Positions 1-13,817 are shown, numbered from the stretch's first letter. The stretch is DNA of 64,000 nucleotides from Octopus vulgaris (GCA_951406725.2 OX597816.1:124186001-124250000), one strand, 5' to 3'. The notes: a model not told the origin generated them from the sequence alone. Made by a program: numbers and translations.

Positions 1-3
1 TAG

Positions 4-72
<69 letters not shown>

Positions 73-307
73 TGCATACAAAATTAAGAGGAATGACCAC
101 TTAAGTGTCATTCCTCATAATTTTTAATCTTCAAATTTTCAAAATATGCTAAGCCACTGGTTTTAATTGATTACTATCAATTTCTACCCTCATTATTTAA
201 TTTATATATATATATATATTGCGTGAATTTACAAAATACTAAAGACGAAGACAGGTGTTTAAACAACAAACAGATGTATAAGTTTAATGCTTGGGAAATG
301 AGAAAGT

Positions 308-343
308 CTGTTATGTTTCAAGCCTATGCTCTTTGACAGAAAG
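308..343 (-). ncRNA. Degenerate minimal type I hammerhead ribozyme in PLE pseudo-LTR
   Basis: Minus strand reads CTTT-CTGTCAA-A-GAGC-ATAG-GCTT-GAAA-CA-TA-ACAG. Most defects are CpG-type transitions from CTGTCGA/GCTC-GAAA-CGTA, and A6 is U. Confidence 0.55.
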
Positions 344-445
344 GAACACAGAAATAAACAGGGCTAGAGGAGAGGTGGGTGGGAGGAAGTAGGTGTGAGA
401 GGAAGAGAGAAGAAATGAGGAGGGTTAGAGGAAGAGGGGATGAGA

Positions 446-841
446 GTTGAGCCCATGTGGCACAAAGGAACAAAGAGAGAAGATTAATCCCTGCTCACGG
501 CAAATACGGTAGTCTGGATGGCCCCTGTGGAAGGACAGTCCAAACACAGACAGGTGTTGTAAAGTGTGATCGGTAGAGCAGAAATGGTGAGAGACTGGAG
601 TGTTGTTGCCGAGTCAGATGTCTCGGATGTGTTCCGCGAACCGGTCAGCCAAGCAGCGTCCCGTTTAACTGATGTATAGAGGACAGAGAGAGCAGAAGAT
701 GCAGTAGATGATGTTGCTAGAAGTGCAAGGGAAGGAGTCAGTGATATGATAGGATCGATGGTGGGTGCCTGTGAGGAGGGTGGTGTTGGAGAAGTAAGGG
801 CAAGTGTGACAGCATGAGCAGGAGCAGGGGAACGAACCAGG
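446..841 (-). pseudogene. Degenerate PLE GIY-YIG endonuclease with upstream Cys linker (Neptune-like)
   Basis: Manual translation, in a different frame from track ORF 484..927: PGSFPCSCSCCHTCPYF...DSFPCTSSNIIYCIFCSLCPLYIS*TGRCLADRFAEHIRDI*...PVSHHF...H...REQGLIFSL..PHGLN. This matches the NVIY-CxxC-LYIGETGRxLxxRFxEH...HF...E...GLN pattern. Confidence 0.9.
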
Positions 842-928
842 TTAGGAGGTTGGATTAAGGAAGAAGCTGTGGACCAAGAGGCCTTGTGTATATATATATT
901 TTTTTTTTCACACACACATACACACACA

Positions 929-1090
929 ATAGGCTTCTTTTAGTTTCTGTCTACCAAATCCACTCACAAGGCTTTGGTCCACCCAGGGCTATAGTAGAAG
1001 ACACACACATACCAAAGGTATTACACAGTGAGACTGAAACCGGAACCATGAGTTTGGGAAAGAAGCTTCTTACCACACAGCCATGCCTAT
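929..1090 (-). mobile_element. SINE family B, 5' half
   Basis: Reverse complement of GGCATGGCTGTGTGGTAAGAAGCTT...CCAAAGCCTTGTGAGTGGATTTGGTAGAC, shared with 44677-45090. Confidence 0.8.
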
Positions 1091-2447
1091 GTGTGTTTTT
1101 TCTTTTTTATTTCAGTTTCTATAAAATATTTTTTATGATGCAAATGTAGCTAAACAGTCAAGTAGTTTGTTTCTCAGTCATAAAGCTCTAAATTAAATTC
1201 CACTAAGTGATATCAGCATCTTAGTCAAGTGTCTTTAATTATAGGCCTAGATTGATAAACCCCTTCTAAGTAAAATTAAATTAGAGAGACAGGAACTGTC
1301 TGGAAGCTTGTCAGTTGGATTTTACTTTTCTTTCATAGGTTTGGCCTTGTCACAAATCATATTATATTAATTCAACTTGAGAATTATCTTAAGAGTACGC
1401 ATAGCTGTGGAATACTCAACCATTTATTAATTAATTTAATGAGTAGGCAGTTCAGTTAATCAAAGAATTTAATGCCCATCATTGAAGCCAATTAAGGATT
1501 GATCATCAGCTTGAAGTCGTTAGTTTTTCTTGTCTGCATGATGAGATAAGTTGTATTCAGTTTAATCCCCAGCAAAGGTTGGTCATATGACTAATTAAAA
1601 GAAATCAATGTATCTTTCAACCAGGAGCATACCAGTAGCAGAAACAATAAGCAATAGATAAAATGTTGTCTTGCAATATTTAGCTTTATCTCATTAGAGT
1701 CTAAGCTTGAAACCTGTTAAGGTTGATTTTGCATTTTATCTTTCTGGAAGTTGATCAAATAAGTGGTTAATGGTGAAAAAGAAAGGTAGATGGCAGTGAA
1801 AAGGAATGCAGTAGGCCACTAAATATAGGAGGAAGGAAACCCAGTTTGAGACAGTACAAGTTCATGCAGTGGTCTCTGTGGCTAAGCAATATGTTCATCC
1901 AAAGGTTCAGAGTTCAATTCCCACTCAAGATGGTATTTAAATAAAAGCAGAAGAATACCTAGGAGTCAGTACTTAGATAGAACCAGTTCCTTAAGAGTGT
2001 CAGGAACTAATGGGCCAAAACATTTGTTTGATGAGAGGTCTTCTTTTGAAGATTTCTTCTGATGTTCACTCACTCACCCCATAGTGAGTTTCCACTCACA
2101 GTGATATCAACTAAGTGAATAAGATACTTCGTCTGACATCTTAAAAAAAAATTATGTGCCTTGTCAAGCATAATTAATATTTCTCTTTCACTTGTACAGA
2201 CAGAGAACATTAACGTTGTAAAATATCACATTTGCTAATCAGTTAGTGGGTAACACATTGCAGCCAAGTTTTCTTCGCATGAATATATTCTGATCTGGGG
2301 ATACATAATGATTATAAATTTGTCATTGTGTAGCCTCATGACAGCTTTAGCCCTTTAGCATTTAAACTGGTCATATCCATCCACAGTGTGAATAAATAAG
2401 CATTATACTTGTCAGAATAATTTGAATGCTAATTCTAATTCAAAAAA

Positions 2448-2673
2448 GGCAGCGAGCTAGCACAAACGTAAGCACACTGGACGAAATGCTTAGCAGCATT
2501 TCGTCAACCGTTACGTTCTGAGTTCAAATTCCGCCTATGTCAACTTTGCCTTTTATCCTTTCGGGGTTGATAAATTAAGTACCAGTTATGTACTGGGGTC
2601 GATGTAATCGACTTAATCCTTTTGTCCTTGTTTGTCCCATCTTTGTTTAGCCCCTTGTGGGCAATAAAAAATA
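2448..2673 (+). mobile_element. tRNA-derived SINE family A (Meta-domain-like core) with 19-bp TSD
   Basis: A/B-box head GGCAGCGAGCTAGC...GAGTTCAAATTCC and core CCTTTCGGGGTTGATAAATTAAGTACCAG. TSD AGAATAATTTGAATGCTAA at 2414-2432 and 2674-2692. Inserted into a TTAA-type MITE remnant starting near 2347. Confidence 0.9.
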
Positions 2674-4423
2674 AGAATAATTTGAATGCTAAATGATTAA
2701 TCAAGAAGACTTATTTTGGCAGTAGGTAGTCAGACTAACAACTAATTCACAAACACACACACACACTTGTGAATGAGAGTACAAATTTGTCTAATTCCAT
2801 ATCTATATCTTTGTTTATGCTCACACCACTTAAAACTGGTTTTATTGTTCATGTCCTTCAACCTAGTAATTCAACAAACAGATGTCAATAAAATAAGTTA
2901 AAAGCACTTGGGTTGATATGATCGGTTTGATCAGTTAAACCTTTGAAGGAGACACCCCAGCATAGCCACAGTCCAATTATTCCAATCATTAAAAGAATAA
3001 AAGAAAATAAGCCATATCCTTATATATTTTGCTTTGCTGTGAAATTGTGGGCCACAGCTTTTTGGTTTATTTTTCACAGCTATGAGTGAGTTTTGAACAA
3101 ATTTCTTTTATCTATTATAAGCATTCACTTAATTGTCTATTTAATTTTTTCTGTGTACAGGTATCTTATAACTACATCATACAATGTCCTAGTGTCCTTG
3201 TTTTAGATGGCAAGGAGTAATCTGAGTTTAATCTGAGCAGTTTGGCAGCTATTTCTAGTAAGTGAAAAGTTCATATAGAAACATCCTCTTTGATTTGTGT
3301 TAAATTGCTGCAGTCAATTAGCTTCAGGTAAGCTCTAGTCAAGCAGATACATGTTCAAAAGCATTCCATCCATGACCATCTCACCTCTTTCATATGTAGG
3401 TAATCCAGAACCACATTACCCAATTACCCAATATAGTCATATTTTTTAAGCTGGTAAGTTGTAACTTGAATGAGAATTGGTTGCTATTTATAGCAAGCCA
3501 CGTGACTATGTAGATGTGATTTTATTGGCTTGTGTGAGGTGACTGTGTTTAAGCTTGCTATCTGAATTCGATGCAAGACTATGAATGTGAGGAGAGAGTT
3601 ACCAGTGGCTGCCTTTGTTATCTTTTGTATAATTCTGTTTATTTATGTGCAATAGGTAGCCATAGTGTTGCTTACCTCATGTGATTGTTTCACCTCAGCA
3701 ATTCTACATCTTACACTTTCGCTTCAGTTTTGGTCCCCTCATACAATAACAATACGTTGAGAAGACAAATATCAAAATGAAATAATTTTATATTGAATAA
3801 TTGGAAAGATTAAGGAGGATCCAAAGAAGAGTAGAACCCAACAAAATATAGCTTGTTTTGGTTTAGTGTATGCTCCAGGATAAAATAAAAATACAATTAA
3901 AAAGTGCCCAAAATTTCGTGGATTATTACCAGCACTTAAAGAGTATGAAAACTGTAATATAGTATTAGTGTGAGGGGGAGGGGCAGCAGTGACAGAACAT
4001 CCTCCTCCTCTCCTTCCTCCCTTTTAACCCATTCCCCTTCTCCTCCCCTCATTCCCCTCCCCTCTTTCCCCTCCCCCCTCTTTCCTCCCCCTCTTTTTAC
4101 CATCCTCTCTCCATCTTACCCTCCTCTCTTCCCCTTTACCCTCCTGTTTACTCATCAGCTCACTGGAGAGAGATGCTCAGCAGTGGTCAATGAAATCTGT
4201 TCAGCAAGGAATTTCAGGACCATTTATATATGTATTACATTCAAAAGAATAGTTTATCAAAAAATCACACCAAGAGTAATAGCAAATTTTGTGGTTATTC
4301 TATTTATGGAGCTCTGGTGTGAATGCATGTGGCCTAGTGGTTAGGATGCTGACTTAAGGTCATGGATTTGATTCCTGGATTAGGTAATTTGATTCCTGGA
4401 TTAGGTAATATGTTGTGTTTGAA

Positions 4424-4822
4424 GGCAGTGAGCTAGCCTAAATGTTAGCGTGCCAGGCGAAATGCTTATTGGTATTTCGTCTGTCCTTATGTTCTGAGTT
4501 CAAATTCTGCTGAGATTGACTTTACCTTTCATCCTTTCGGGGTCGATAAATTAAGTACCAGTGATGCACTAGGGTCGATGTAATCGACTTAATCCGTTTG
4601 TCTGTACATGTTTGTCCCCTCTATGTTTAGCCCCTTGTGGGCAATAAAGAAATATGTATTTTGTCTGTCCTTATGTTCTGAGTTCAAATTCTGCTGAGAT
4701 TGACTTTGCTTTTCATCCTTTCGGGGTTGATAAATTAAGTAACAGTTGCATACTGGGGTCGATCTAATCGACTGGTCCCCACTCTAAAAATTTCAGGCCT
4801 TGTATCTAGAGTAGAAAAGAAT
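4424..4822 (+). mobile_element. Dimeric SINE family A (full unit plus headless unit with a different tail)
   Basis: Unit 1 at 4424-4654. Unit 2 restarts at GTATTTTGTCTGTCC and ends GGCCTTGTATCTAGAGTAGAAAAG. Same architecture as 35173-35570. Confidence 0.85.
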
Positions 4823-7800
4823 ATAAAAACAACAAATACCGGGGCGACTTGATCTTTTTCATTTGTTGAGGGAGATTTGGTGTTATATCTTACAGGTAAA
4901 GTGGCTCCTGTGGCTATATGAATATTATAAGTGAATGCAAGTGGAAATAAAGAGTAAGACATGGAAGCATGGAACGGTACAGTTTTTACATCGAATGACA
5001 AATGAGTTAAGTGAAGTGCGAAACTACTTGCACCTACCCAAAATAAATATGATCAAGATATAACATTATTAAAGTTATATTCTTCACTGTTCAAACACTT
5101 TCTTTGCATTTGGCATATATCCTCTTTCGTTTGTTCTTTTAGAAATTTACTCTGCTTTCAAAAAGCAAATCATCCTAAGAAAAATGAAAGAGAATTTTGT
5201 AAATACAAGAATACAAAATGTTTTCAAATGATTTCATTTCATATTTTTGCTTTAAATCTTTGTAATATTTTTTGTGTCATTGATTTATTTCTGTTTATAT
5301 ATGATTTAGAACAGCATTGACATTTAATAAGAGGTTCTCCTTTGGGCTAAACATAATTTATTATCTTTATACTAAAAGTATGCATTGGCTATGAAATTTG
5401 CATTTGTTGCTGTTTTCAAATCTTAAATTAAATTTTGTTTCATTTGTTTTTCATTGTGATAAATATGCAATATATTTCTGACTTTTAATTTCAGGAGTAA
5501 ACTGGGATAGAAATTTCATATATTTGGTATAATCCAGGTGAGTCAAAGAGAATCAGGAATTGCCAAAGCTCTGTTTGCATTGTTTTATTGCTAAACAGAT
5601 ACAGAGTGGTTTGGTAAACACTGATAATAGAAACAGCCAGAAAGTAGAAAACTAAGCAAATCATGTTCGACAATGAAAGCAAAGTAGACAATATACGGCA
5701 TGGTAAACTTCAAGCTAAATTAGCTCCATGGTTTTCCTAATGTATAACTTAAACATTTCCAATAGAGTCTTTATTTTTATCTATTTGTTTCTTATTATTT
5801 TTTGTATTTGCTACTTCAGCAATGTAATCCTGTTTCTTATTGATTTTAACTCAGAAATTGCAGTATATTTGACAGAATCACTGAAGCTCAAATGTATTTC
5901 TTATAAGCAGACAGCATGGCATTTGTCTTAAACTCTTTCTAAAGATTAGTTTTGCTAATTATCTGTTCATTAACTTTGCCATAGCTTGGCTGCAATACTG
6001 CCATTACTTGGACAAGTGTCGTTGTTCTCTCATTATACAAGTAATTTAGTTTCAGTAATAGCTCTTCCAACACTCTATTATCTTTAACAAAACATTTTCA
6101 GACTCAAAGATGGATGTGGAATTGATTACTTGAAGCGAGCTTATTTAATGATATCAGGTACTTTGAAGATGAGGTCAGTTGTAAGAACAAAACTTAATTG
6201 TGAGATTGAAATTATATGATATATTCTATTAACTGACTTTGCATTATTTTTGGATTGTTATTTAAAAATTGTTGTTGTTTTCTAGTCTGAGAGGCAGTCA
6301 AGCTGTAAAATTTCCATTTTTCTTTTCTTTTTTCTAGTGAAATGGATTCATTTCAGGTATTTTCTAATAATGCTACATTAGAGAATTCTTCAATTTTGTC
6401 ACAATGTTTATAGGAACAAGAATAAACCAACTGCCCTCAGGATTAGAACATAAGCTGGCCTTTGCTGACACAATATAAAGAACAAACAAACTATATTTGA
6501 AGTAACAGTGGGAAAATAGCCTCTAGCATTAATTGCCTTAAGGAACAAATGGTTTTGCTTTTATTTCAAAGAATACTGCTGTTCAGAATGGACATTTTGT
6601 AATAATCCAATATGAAAATTGCTTTAGGCTAACATGGGAAATATTTTGGCACAGAATATTTGAATATTTGGCAAAAGTATGAAGATATTTGGCAACAATC
6701 TGTACTTGAGACCAATAATAAACTGGCTGCAATATATGGTCTCTGGAGAAGGTGTGAGGTATATACTTACACTTTTATAATTTCCTGAAAACCGATAGTT
6801 ATATTTCTACTCAATCCCTTTTTGTATTTTGCTCTTTTTGTCATTATCTACTCTAGTATTTGATGGCTGCTTACTGTGCTAATGTAGTTTGATATCTGCT
6901 TAAATTCTATGAGTTTACAAGTGTGTCAACTTAGTTTTCGTCTTTTTTCAGTCTTATTAATTTTCTATAAGTTTCTGCAAGCTAGCTAAGACTAAAACCA
7001 TCTTCTTATAACCTATCTTGTACATTCTACTGAAATTCTTAGAAACACACCTAAACTACTTTCTATGTTTTGACACTTACTAACAACATTTAATAGCCAA
7101 TCTAAACAAAAACTCAGAAACTAAAAGTTATCTGTACAGCCATTTCTCAAGAACTACTTCCCCTTTAGTTTTTCTGCATCTATTGCAGCTTTATTTAAAT
7201 ATATTTTGTTTTCACTGACCATATGAGTCACTATATATCTGTGCTATTAGGCATACACCAAATAATGTGCTCACTAAGATTAATTATACTTATACACATT
7301 TTTACTGCAAGGATTGTTTTAAGTTTATATACTCCAGTAAAAGAATGAGTAACAGCCTTTGGGAAAATAGTGTCTAATTAAGGATAAGAAGTTTCTAGCT
7401 TCAGTTGTTGGGACACCTAGATTGACCAGAAGTTTCAATAAAATGATGTCTTTCTTTCTAAGCCACTCTGAGTGTTGGATGAAGGTAGGTGATCCTTTAA
7501 GTACATTGAATTCCCAGCAAAGTAACTCCTCATTACAATACAGTCTGGCTGAAGATATTTGTGCTCACTAAAAATCAAAGTTTCTTCTACTGGTGCCTGT
7601 GACCAAATTTTTGCTAGTTGAAATCCTTGACAAGACCAAAAGGTCACTTCTTTTTTTGCTCTCCTTTTGACTCTGTATTGTCTCTATGCCTTTCTCAACC
7701 ACTTTATTGAGTGTATTGTGTGTATTTCATCATGGCACCAGTACTAGAGTGGTTACCTTCTATGCTATAAAACAAAACAGTGATCTCACTATCTACTTTG

Positions 7801-8217
7801 CTTCCATTTGCTTAGAGCAATGAGACTGATATAAAAGACAACAGAAAAGAAGGGCAATTGCAGAAGATGAAGTAAGATGAGTGGGAGAAAGAGGCATGAG
7901 TATAAAGGAGAAAAAGAATTCGCTGAAGTGACTATGTAACACGGGAGAGAGAAATTGAAGATAAAAAGCTAGAAGAGGTAAAAGGAGGGAGACAATAATG
8001 GCTGGCAGTGATGAGAGATGGAAATAGTTGCTATAAATTTGCTGCTATGAGAGAATGTAAATTATTGTTAGCTGGAGAAATGGTTGGTGGTAAGAAAACA
8101 TGATGGATGTCAATAAAGATTAAAACGGTAAAAGGGAGCAGTGGATAGCTGTATAGAAAGATAAAGATAACTTGTAAGAGAGTAAAAATGAGGGATGAAT
8201 TGTTGAGTTGGCAATTA

Positions 8218-8250
<33 letters not shown>

Positions 8251-8309
8251 GTATGTGTATGTGTGTGTATACATGCACACACACACACACACATACATAC
8301 ACAGATATA

Positions 8310-9537
8310 CAGGATTGTCAGTTTTATGGGGAAACCTCTTTCAAGAGCTCTAACTTTCTTCTAACTTATTTCTTTACCTTTCAGATACAATGTCAGACAT
8401 CAAGTTGACATAGCAAAGGAAAAGGCATGCTATAATCATTGCCTTAAAAAAAGACTGTATTGTGGGACAGAAAATAACTTGCTTCTTGAAAGTTCCTTCA
8501 TTGTCAAAGTTGAAAGCTACTGATGGAGATCCAACAATTAGCAATTAAATGCAAAATGCATGCACAAAGTCCTAATACCATCAGAACACATAACTTTATT
8601 GAAAAGTCCAAGAAATAATCAATAAAATCCCTGGAGAATTAATCAGAGCGATTACAAAGTACCTAAAGGTTTCGAAATGAAGAGTTGTTCATGATGATAT
8701 CTGGTAAAAGATATACATCATGCACAAGGATCAGTTTATGTCAGATCTGACAAGGGAGAATTGTTCAACCTATGCAAATCACTTGCTAAATAAGTTAAAA
8801 TACCAAAAGCCTGCAATGCTTTGGTTCTTCTCTCATGAGAAAAACTTCAATCAGAACCAATAGGTAAACTGAACGAAAAACTGATGGTTATGCAGAACTT
8901 GAATAAGGTTCCAGCTGTCATGCATACTAAGTTCCTAGCAAACATGATGGCTCTGGGAGTTGACAGCAACAAGGGAAAAATGTCACACCTCCTCATTTTT
9001 TTTTTACTTAGGGCTGAAGAGTCAATGCCACTATTAACACAGAAGTGCTGGAGAAAGTTGTGAAGACCTAGATAAACAGAATATGCAATGAAAGTCCATA
9101 CATCTTCCAAGAAGACTCAGCACCATCTCATAAGGCTAGGGCAATCCAAATGTGGATGCCTGCCAATCTCCATGATCATGTTCTCCTTGACAAATGGCCT
9201 CCAAGCTCATCAGATCTCAATCCACTGGACTATTGCATATGAGGTATAGTTGATAGAAGTCAATCAACAAACCCATAACACCATACAAACTCTCAAGTCC
9301 ACCATAGCCCTTACTATGTTAAAATTGATAAAATTCATCGAATTCAGACTTGTCAACATGTCTGACCATGTATTATAGCAGCCATTGATACTAAAAGTGG
9401 ATGCATTGATTAAGTGTAATAAAAGGATTCTCTAGATTTTTTGTACTAATTTGTTTTCAAATACAGCTTTTTCTTTGTTGAGCAATGTGTCCTTTACTAA
9501 ATTCATACAAATGACCTAAAAAAACTGATGCGCCTTG
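8310..9537 (+). mobile_element. Degenerate Tc1/mariner-superfamily DD37D (maT) transposon
   Basis: TA-flanked imperfect TIRs CAGGATTGTCAGTTTT / AAAACTGATGCGCCTTG. Motifs WFFSHEKNF, FQEDSAPSH and WPPSSSDLNPLDY, with 37 residues counted between the 2nd and 3rd Asp. Confidence 0.85.
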
Positions 9538-9830
9538 TACACATAGATACGTACATACATATGTATGTACATACATACGTATGTATGTCCGTATATACGT
9601 ATGTACATACCTACTTACCTACCTACCTACCTACCTACCTACCTATCTACCTGCCTACCTACCTACCTACATACATACATGAGGAGAGAAAGGGAGAGAA
9701 AGAGAGAAGGATAAAGACAGAGAAAGCAAGAAAGAGAGAAAAATTTTCATCCTTGAAGAAAATCTGCATATTCTAGTCTATGTGAGTGTGTTAAAAATCA
9801 ATGTACACTTTTTTATATAAAATATAATAC

Positions 9831-9862
<32 letters not shown>

Positions 9863-10934
9863 TACATATAATATATATATATATAGAGAGAGAGATATAT
9901 GCATATATCTATATATACATATATATTCAGATAGATACTTAATATGTGTGTACGTGTGTGTGTGCGTGTGTATATCATTAAGCTACATGTATATAATATA
10001 TAGATGTATGTATGTATATATGTATGTATGTATATATGTATGTATGTACGTACGTACATATGTGTGTATGTATATGTGTATGTATGTAGGCATAAAATTT
10101 ATAAAAAAAACTACAATTACAATTTTCATTGGTGGTCATTATCTGTTTGAAATTATGTGAAGAATATGCTGAAAAATCACAAATTATAAGTAATTGGATA
10201 GCTGATTACCATAATGGATAAGAACAATAACAAAAACAGCTATGATAATGATGATGATGATGATGACGATGCTGCTGCTGCTACTGCTGATGATCGAATG
10301 AAGCCAATTAATTTAAAATATGTCTGAATGCAGATATAAAAAGAAAATAAAATAATTTGTGACCAATGATGCACAAGGGATGAGAATGTGGGTGGACTAA
10401 CAATAGATGCAGGGGTCTTGATGTGATGGTTGGGCAGCGAAGGTGGTGGGCAGTTGAGGTTAAAGGTCACTGGACTGAAGGATGGGGCGGTCACTCTGTT
10501 AGATTTTACATTGTTATAACTATGTAGGTGTCTCAATGAAATGTGAGAGCACATGATGTGTGAGTTAGTGTAGAAAAGAAAGTGTGTGTGTGTGTTAGCA
10601 ACAGAGAAAAAGAGAGAGTGAGAGAGTTTGTGTTTAAGAGAATTTGTAAGTTCAGACAGATATTTAACTACATGAGTATATCTGTGTTTTAAGACAGAAT
10701 GTACATATAAGATTTTTCTATACATGAGATTAGGCTGTATATTTACAAAAGATACTTCAAATTATCAATGAATACAAAGAGCTTCAGCATTCCTAGACCT
10801 CATTATAATAAGGAGTAGCTTATGGTGCTCAGCTTCCCTCCGCTCTACACTCAAAGAGATTTAGAAAGTAGGATGTAATTTGGTTTAGACCTCCAGTCAG
10901 TCTAGGCATCTCAATAAATGTAGCTGGAAGCATT

Positions 10935-11122
10935 ACCATCATCATCATCATCATCATCATCACCATCATTGTCATCGTCGTCGTTGTCATCATCATCATC
11001 ACCATCATCGTCGTTGTCGTTGTCGTCATTGTCATCATCATCATCATTGTCGTCCTCATCGTTGTCGTCATGATCATCATTATGATCATCATCCTGATCA
11101 CCATCATCATTATCATCATCGT
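10935..11122. repeat. Degenerate (ATC/GTC)n trinucleotide array, the expanded tail of the adjacent RTE 3' fragment
   Basis: Direct reading. It gives the spurious poly-Asp and poly-Met ORFs in the track. Confidence 0.9.
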
Positions 11123-11325
11123 TTAATGTCCATTTTGCATGCTGGTATAGGTTAGACAGCTTGACAGGAATTGGCAAAGCCATGGATCGCACCAGATTAT
11201 ATATTGTGTTTTGGCTTGGATTCTACATCTGGATACCTTTCCTAATGTCATCCACTTTACAAAGTGTACTGGGTGCTTTTTACATGACACCATCCCCCAC
11301 TTCAATGCTTTTTTATGTGACACGT
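11115..11325 (-). mobile_element. RTE LINE 3' UTR fragment
   Basis: Reverse complement of AAAGCACCCAGTACAC...CATTAGGAAAGG...CAGCATG...GACATTAAACGATGATG, shared with 26405-26588 and 61030-61300. Confidence 0.7.
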
Positions 11326-11982
11326 TCCTGTCCTCAGTAAGACAATATTTTCAAACCCTGTTATGCATTTCTTAAAGTATATGAGAGGAAGCATAGATGT
11401 GTGTATATTTGTAAGACATAGAGTGAGTGCAAGAAGAAGAAAGTGAGTGTATGTATTTGTGAGAGACGGTCTTGTGCTTTTGTTTTGTAATTTTCTATGA
11501 TTTACGCAGAGGAAAATGGACAGGACTGCTCATGTCAGCTTTCAAAGTGCTCCAAGATTAGCAAAAGAAAGAGAAGAGAAGTAGTTCTCCTCAGTAGAAA
11601 TATCTTACCAAGTGCAACAAGGAGATTCTTGTTGAAGGGATCCAAAGGTCAGGAGAAAGATTAAGCAAACCACACAAGGTTTTTGTGAGAAAGAGTGAGA
11701 GAGGGAAACAAAGAAAGGAAGACAGAAAGGGAGGTTCACAAGGAGAGATGGAGAGAGAAACAGAGAGAGAGATAGAGAGAGAAAGGGAGACACAGAGTGG
11801 GAGGGAGGCAATAAGGGATCTTGTGTTGTGTATATGAAAATGTGTTGCACTTCTATGGATAAGAGTATATATGTGTGTATATATATCATCATCATCATCA
11901 TCATCACCATTATCATCATCGTCATTAAACATCCACTTTCCTTGCTTGCATGGGTTGGACTCATATATATATGTATGTGTGT

Positions 11983-12014
<32 letters not shown>

Positions 12015-12321
12015 AAAGGAATGAAAAGTTGTAGAGTCTCATGAGTATGTGTGAGTAGGAGAGTTATTTAGTATGTTTTCAAAAGAATTGGCTAATTAGC
12101 TGTTTGCTTATAGCTGTGTCCTTAAATACAGAATCTACATATATGTATACATATATGAAGATTCTTGTGAGTGCTTCTGTATTTAGATATGTCTGTAGGT
12201 GATTAAGTGTGCACAGCTGGTGACATGATTGTGAAAAATCTCAAAAGCAGGAGAGATAATTTCCAGGAACAATGGTTTTTAAAATATACCTAAAAGACAC
12301 ATTTATATACTAATTAATATA

Positions 12322-12517
12322 GGCGTGGTTGTGTTGTAAGAAGCTTGCCTGCCAACCACATGATTCTGGGTTCAGTCTCACTGCATGGCACCGTGGAGCA
12401 AGTGTCTTCTACTATAGCCTCAGGCTGACCAAAGCCTTCGGAGTGGATTTGGTAGAAGGAAACTGACAGAAGCCCACGGTATATGTTTGTGTGTATGTGT
12501 GTGTATGCGCATGTGCA

Positions 12518-12553
<36 letters not shown>

Positions 12554-12760
12554 TGATTCTGTCTGTATTTATTCTTCAACCACTGCTTGGCAACCAATGT
12601 TGGTGTGTTTACATCTACCTAACTTAGCAGTTCAGCAAAATGGACCAACAGAATAAATACCAGGCTTAAACACACAAAGTACTGAGTTGATTCATTCGAC
12701 TAAAATTCTTAAAGGAAGTGCCCCAGTATGGCCATAGTCTAATGACTGAAACAAGTAAAA
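12322..12760 (+). mobile_element. SINE family B with internal (TG)n
   Basis: Collinear with 44677-45090. Confidence 0.85.
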
Positions 12761-13132
12761 AAAAAACACTATGTGATTAACCAATCTATCCGATATTGTT
12801 ATACATCGCTGGCCATACTGCGATTTGTGTTGTTTTAGCTTTCAGATGATGCCACTCCACTGGCAAGATGAGGAGGTGAAACACTCCGTAGCCCCAATCA
12901 GAAGGTTAGTCTGTCTCAGGCTTACCCATTTATAGCTGAGTAGATGGGAGCAATATAAAACAAAGTGTTTTGCTCAAGAACACAGCGTTCAATCTGGGAA
13001 TTGAACCCATGGTCTAGTGACTGTGAATGCGTATATGTATTTAAGTATGCATAAAAGTTTTAAAAAAAAGGATCAAAGGTTATTTCTAAGCTACAGAGTT
13101 AAAAGGCTATTCCTGGATTTTGTGGCTTATAT

Positions 13133-13352
13133 ATTCTTTTCTACTCTAGGCACAAGCAAGGCCCGAAATTTTTGGGGAGTGGGCTAGTTGATTAGATTGG
13201 TCCCAGTATGCAACTGGTACTTAATTTATTTACCCCAAAAGGATGAAAGACAAATTCAACCACGGCGGAATTTGAACTCAGAACATAAAGACAGACGAAA
13301 TACCACTAATCATTTCGCCCAGTGTGCTAACGTTTCTGCCAGCTCGCCACCT
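13133..13352 (-). mobile_element. SINE family A
   Basis: Reverse complement of the family A head and core. Confidence 0.85.
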
Positions 13353-13817
13353 GTCTGTGGCTTAAATATTGCCTCCTGGGTGGGACACTAGTCTATTACA
13401 AGATTGCTTACTTTTGCTAGCTAAGTGGACTGGAGTAAATATGCAATGAAGTGTTTTACTCAAGAACACAATGCATCAACTGGTGCAAGAAACAAAACTA
13501 CAAAAAGACAAAAAAACCTATAATGGTCATGGGCACAACACCCTAACCACTAAGCCGTGCACCCACACATAAATATGTATTTTTATTCTCTCTTTTATTC
13601 TTTTGCTTATATCAGTCATTTGGCTGCAGCCATGCTGGAGCATCACTTTTAGTTGAACAAATCAACCCCAGGACTTATTCTTTGTAAGCGTACTACCTAT
13701 TCCACTGGCCTCTTTTGCCGAACCACTAAATTATGGGGATGTAAACATACTCACATCAGTTGTCAAGCACTGGTGGGTGGGGGAGACAAATACAGACACA
13801 CAAATATATACAGATAG

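Larger units (their letters stand above)
220..886 (-). mobile_element. 5'-truncated Penelope-like retroelement (Neptune-type): GIY-YIG remnant plus 3' pseudo-LTR with hammerhead motif, between (TA)n tracts
   Basis: Endonuclease translation at 446-841, HHR-like motif at 308-343, and TA/CA microsatellite on both sides (203-219 and 887-928). Confidence 0.85.

Noticed and set aside
484-927. 147-aa Ser/Thr/Pro-rich ORF in the track
   Set aside because: Shadow frame. The meaningful frame is the stop-interrupted GIY-YIG translation.
10829-11192. Poly-Asp and poly-Met ORFs suggesting an acidic biomineral protein (also 23332-23686)
   Set aside because: Degenerate (ATG)n arrays, here continuous with an RTE tail. 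No signal peptide or splice support.
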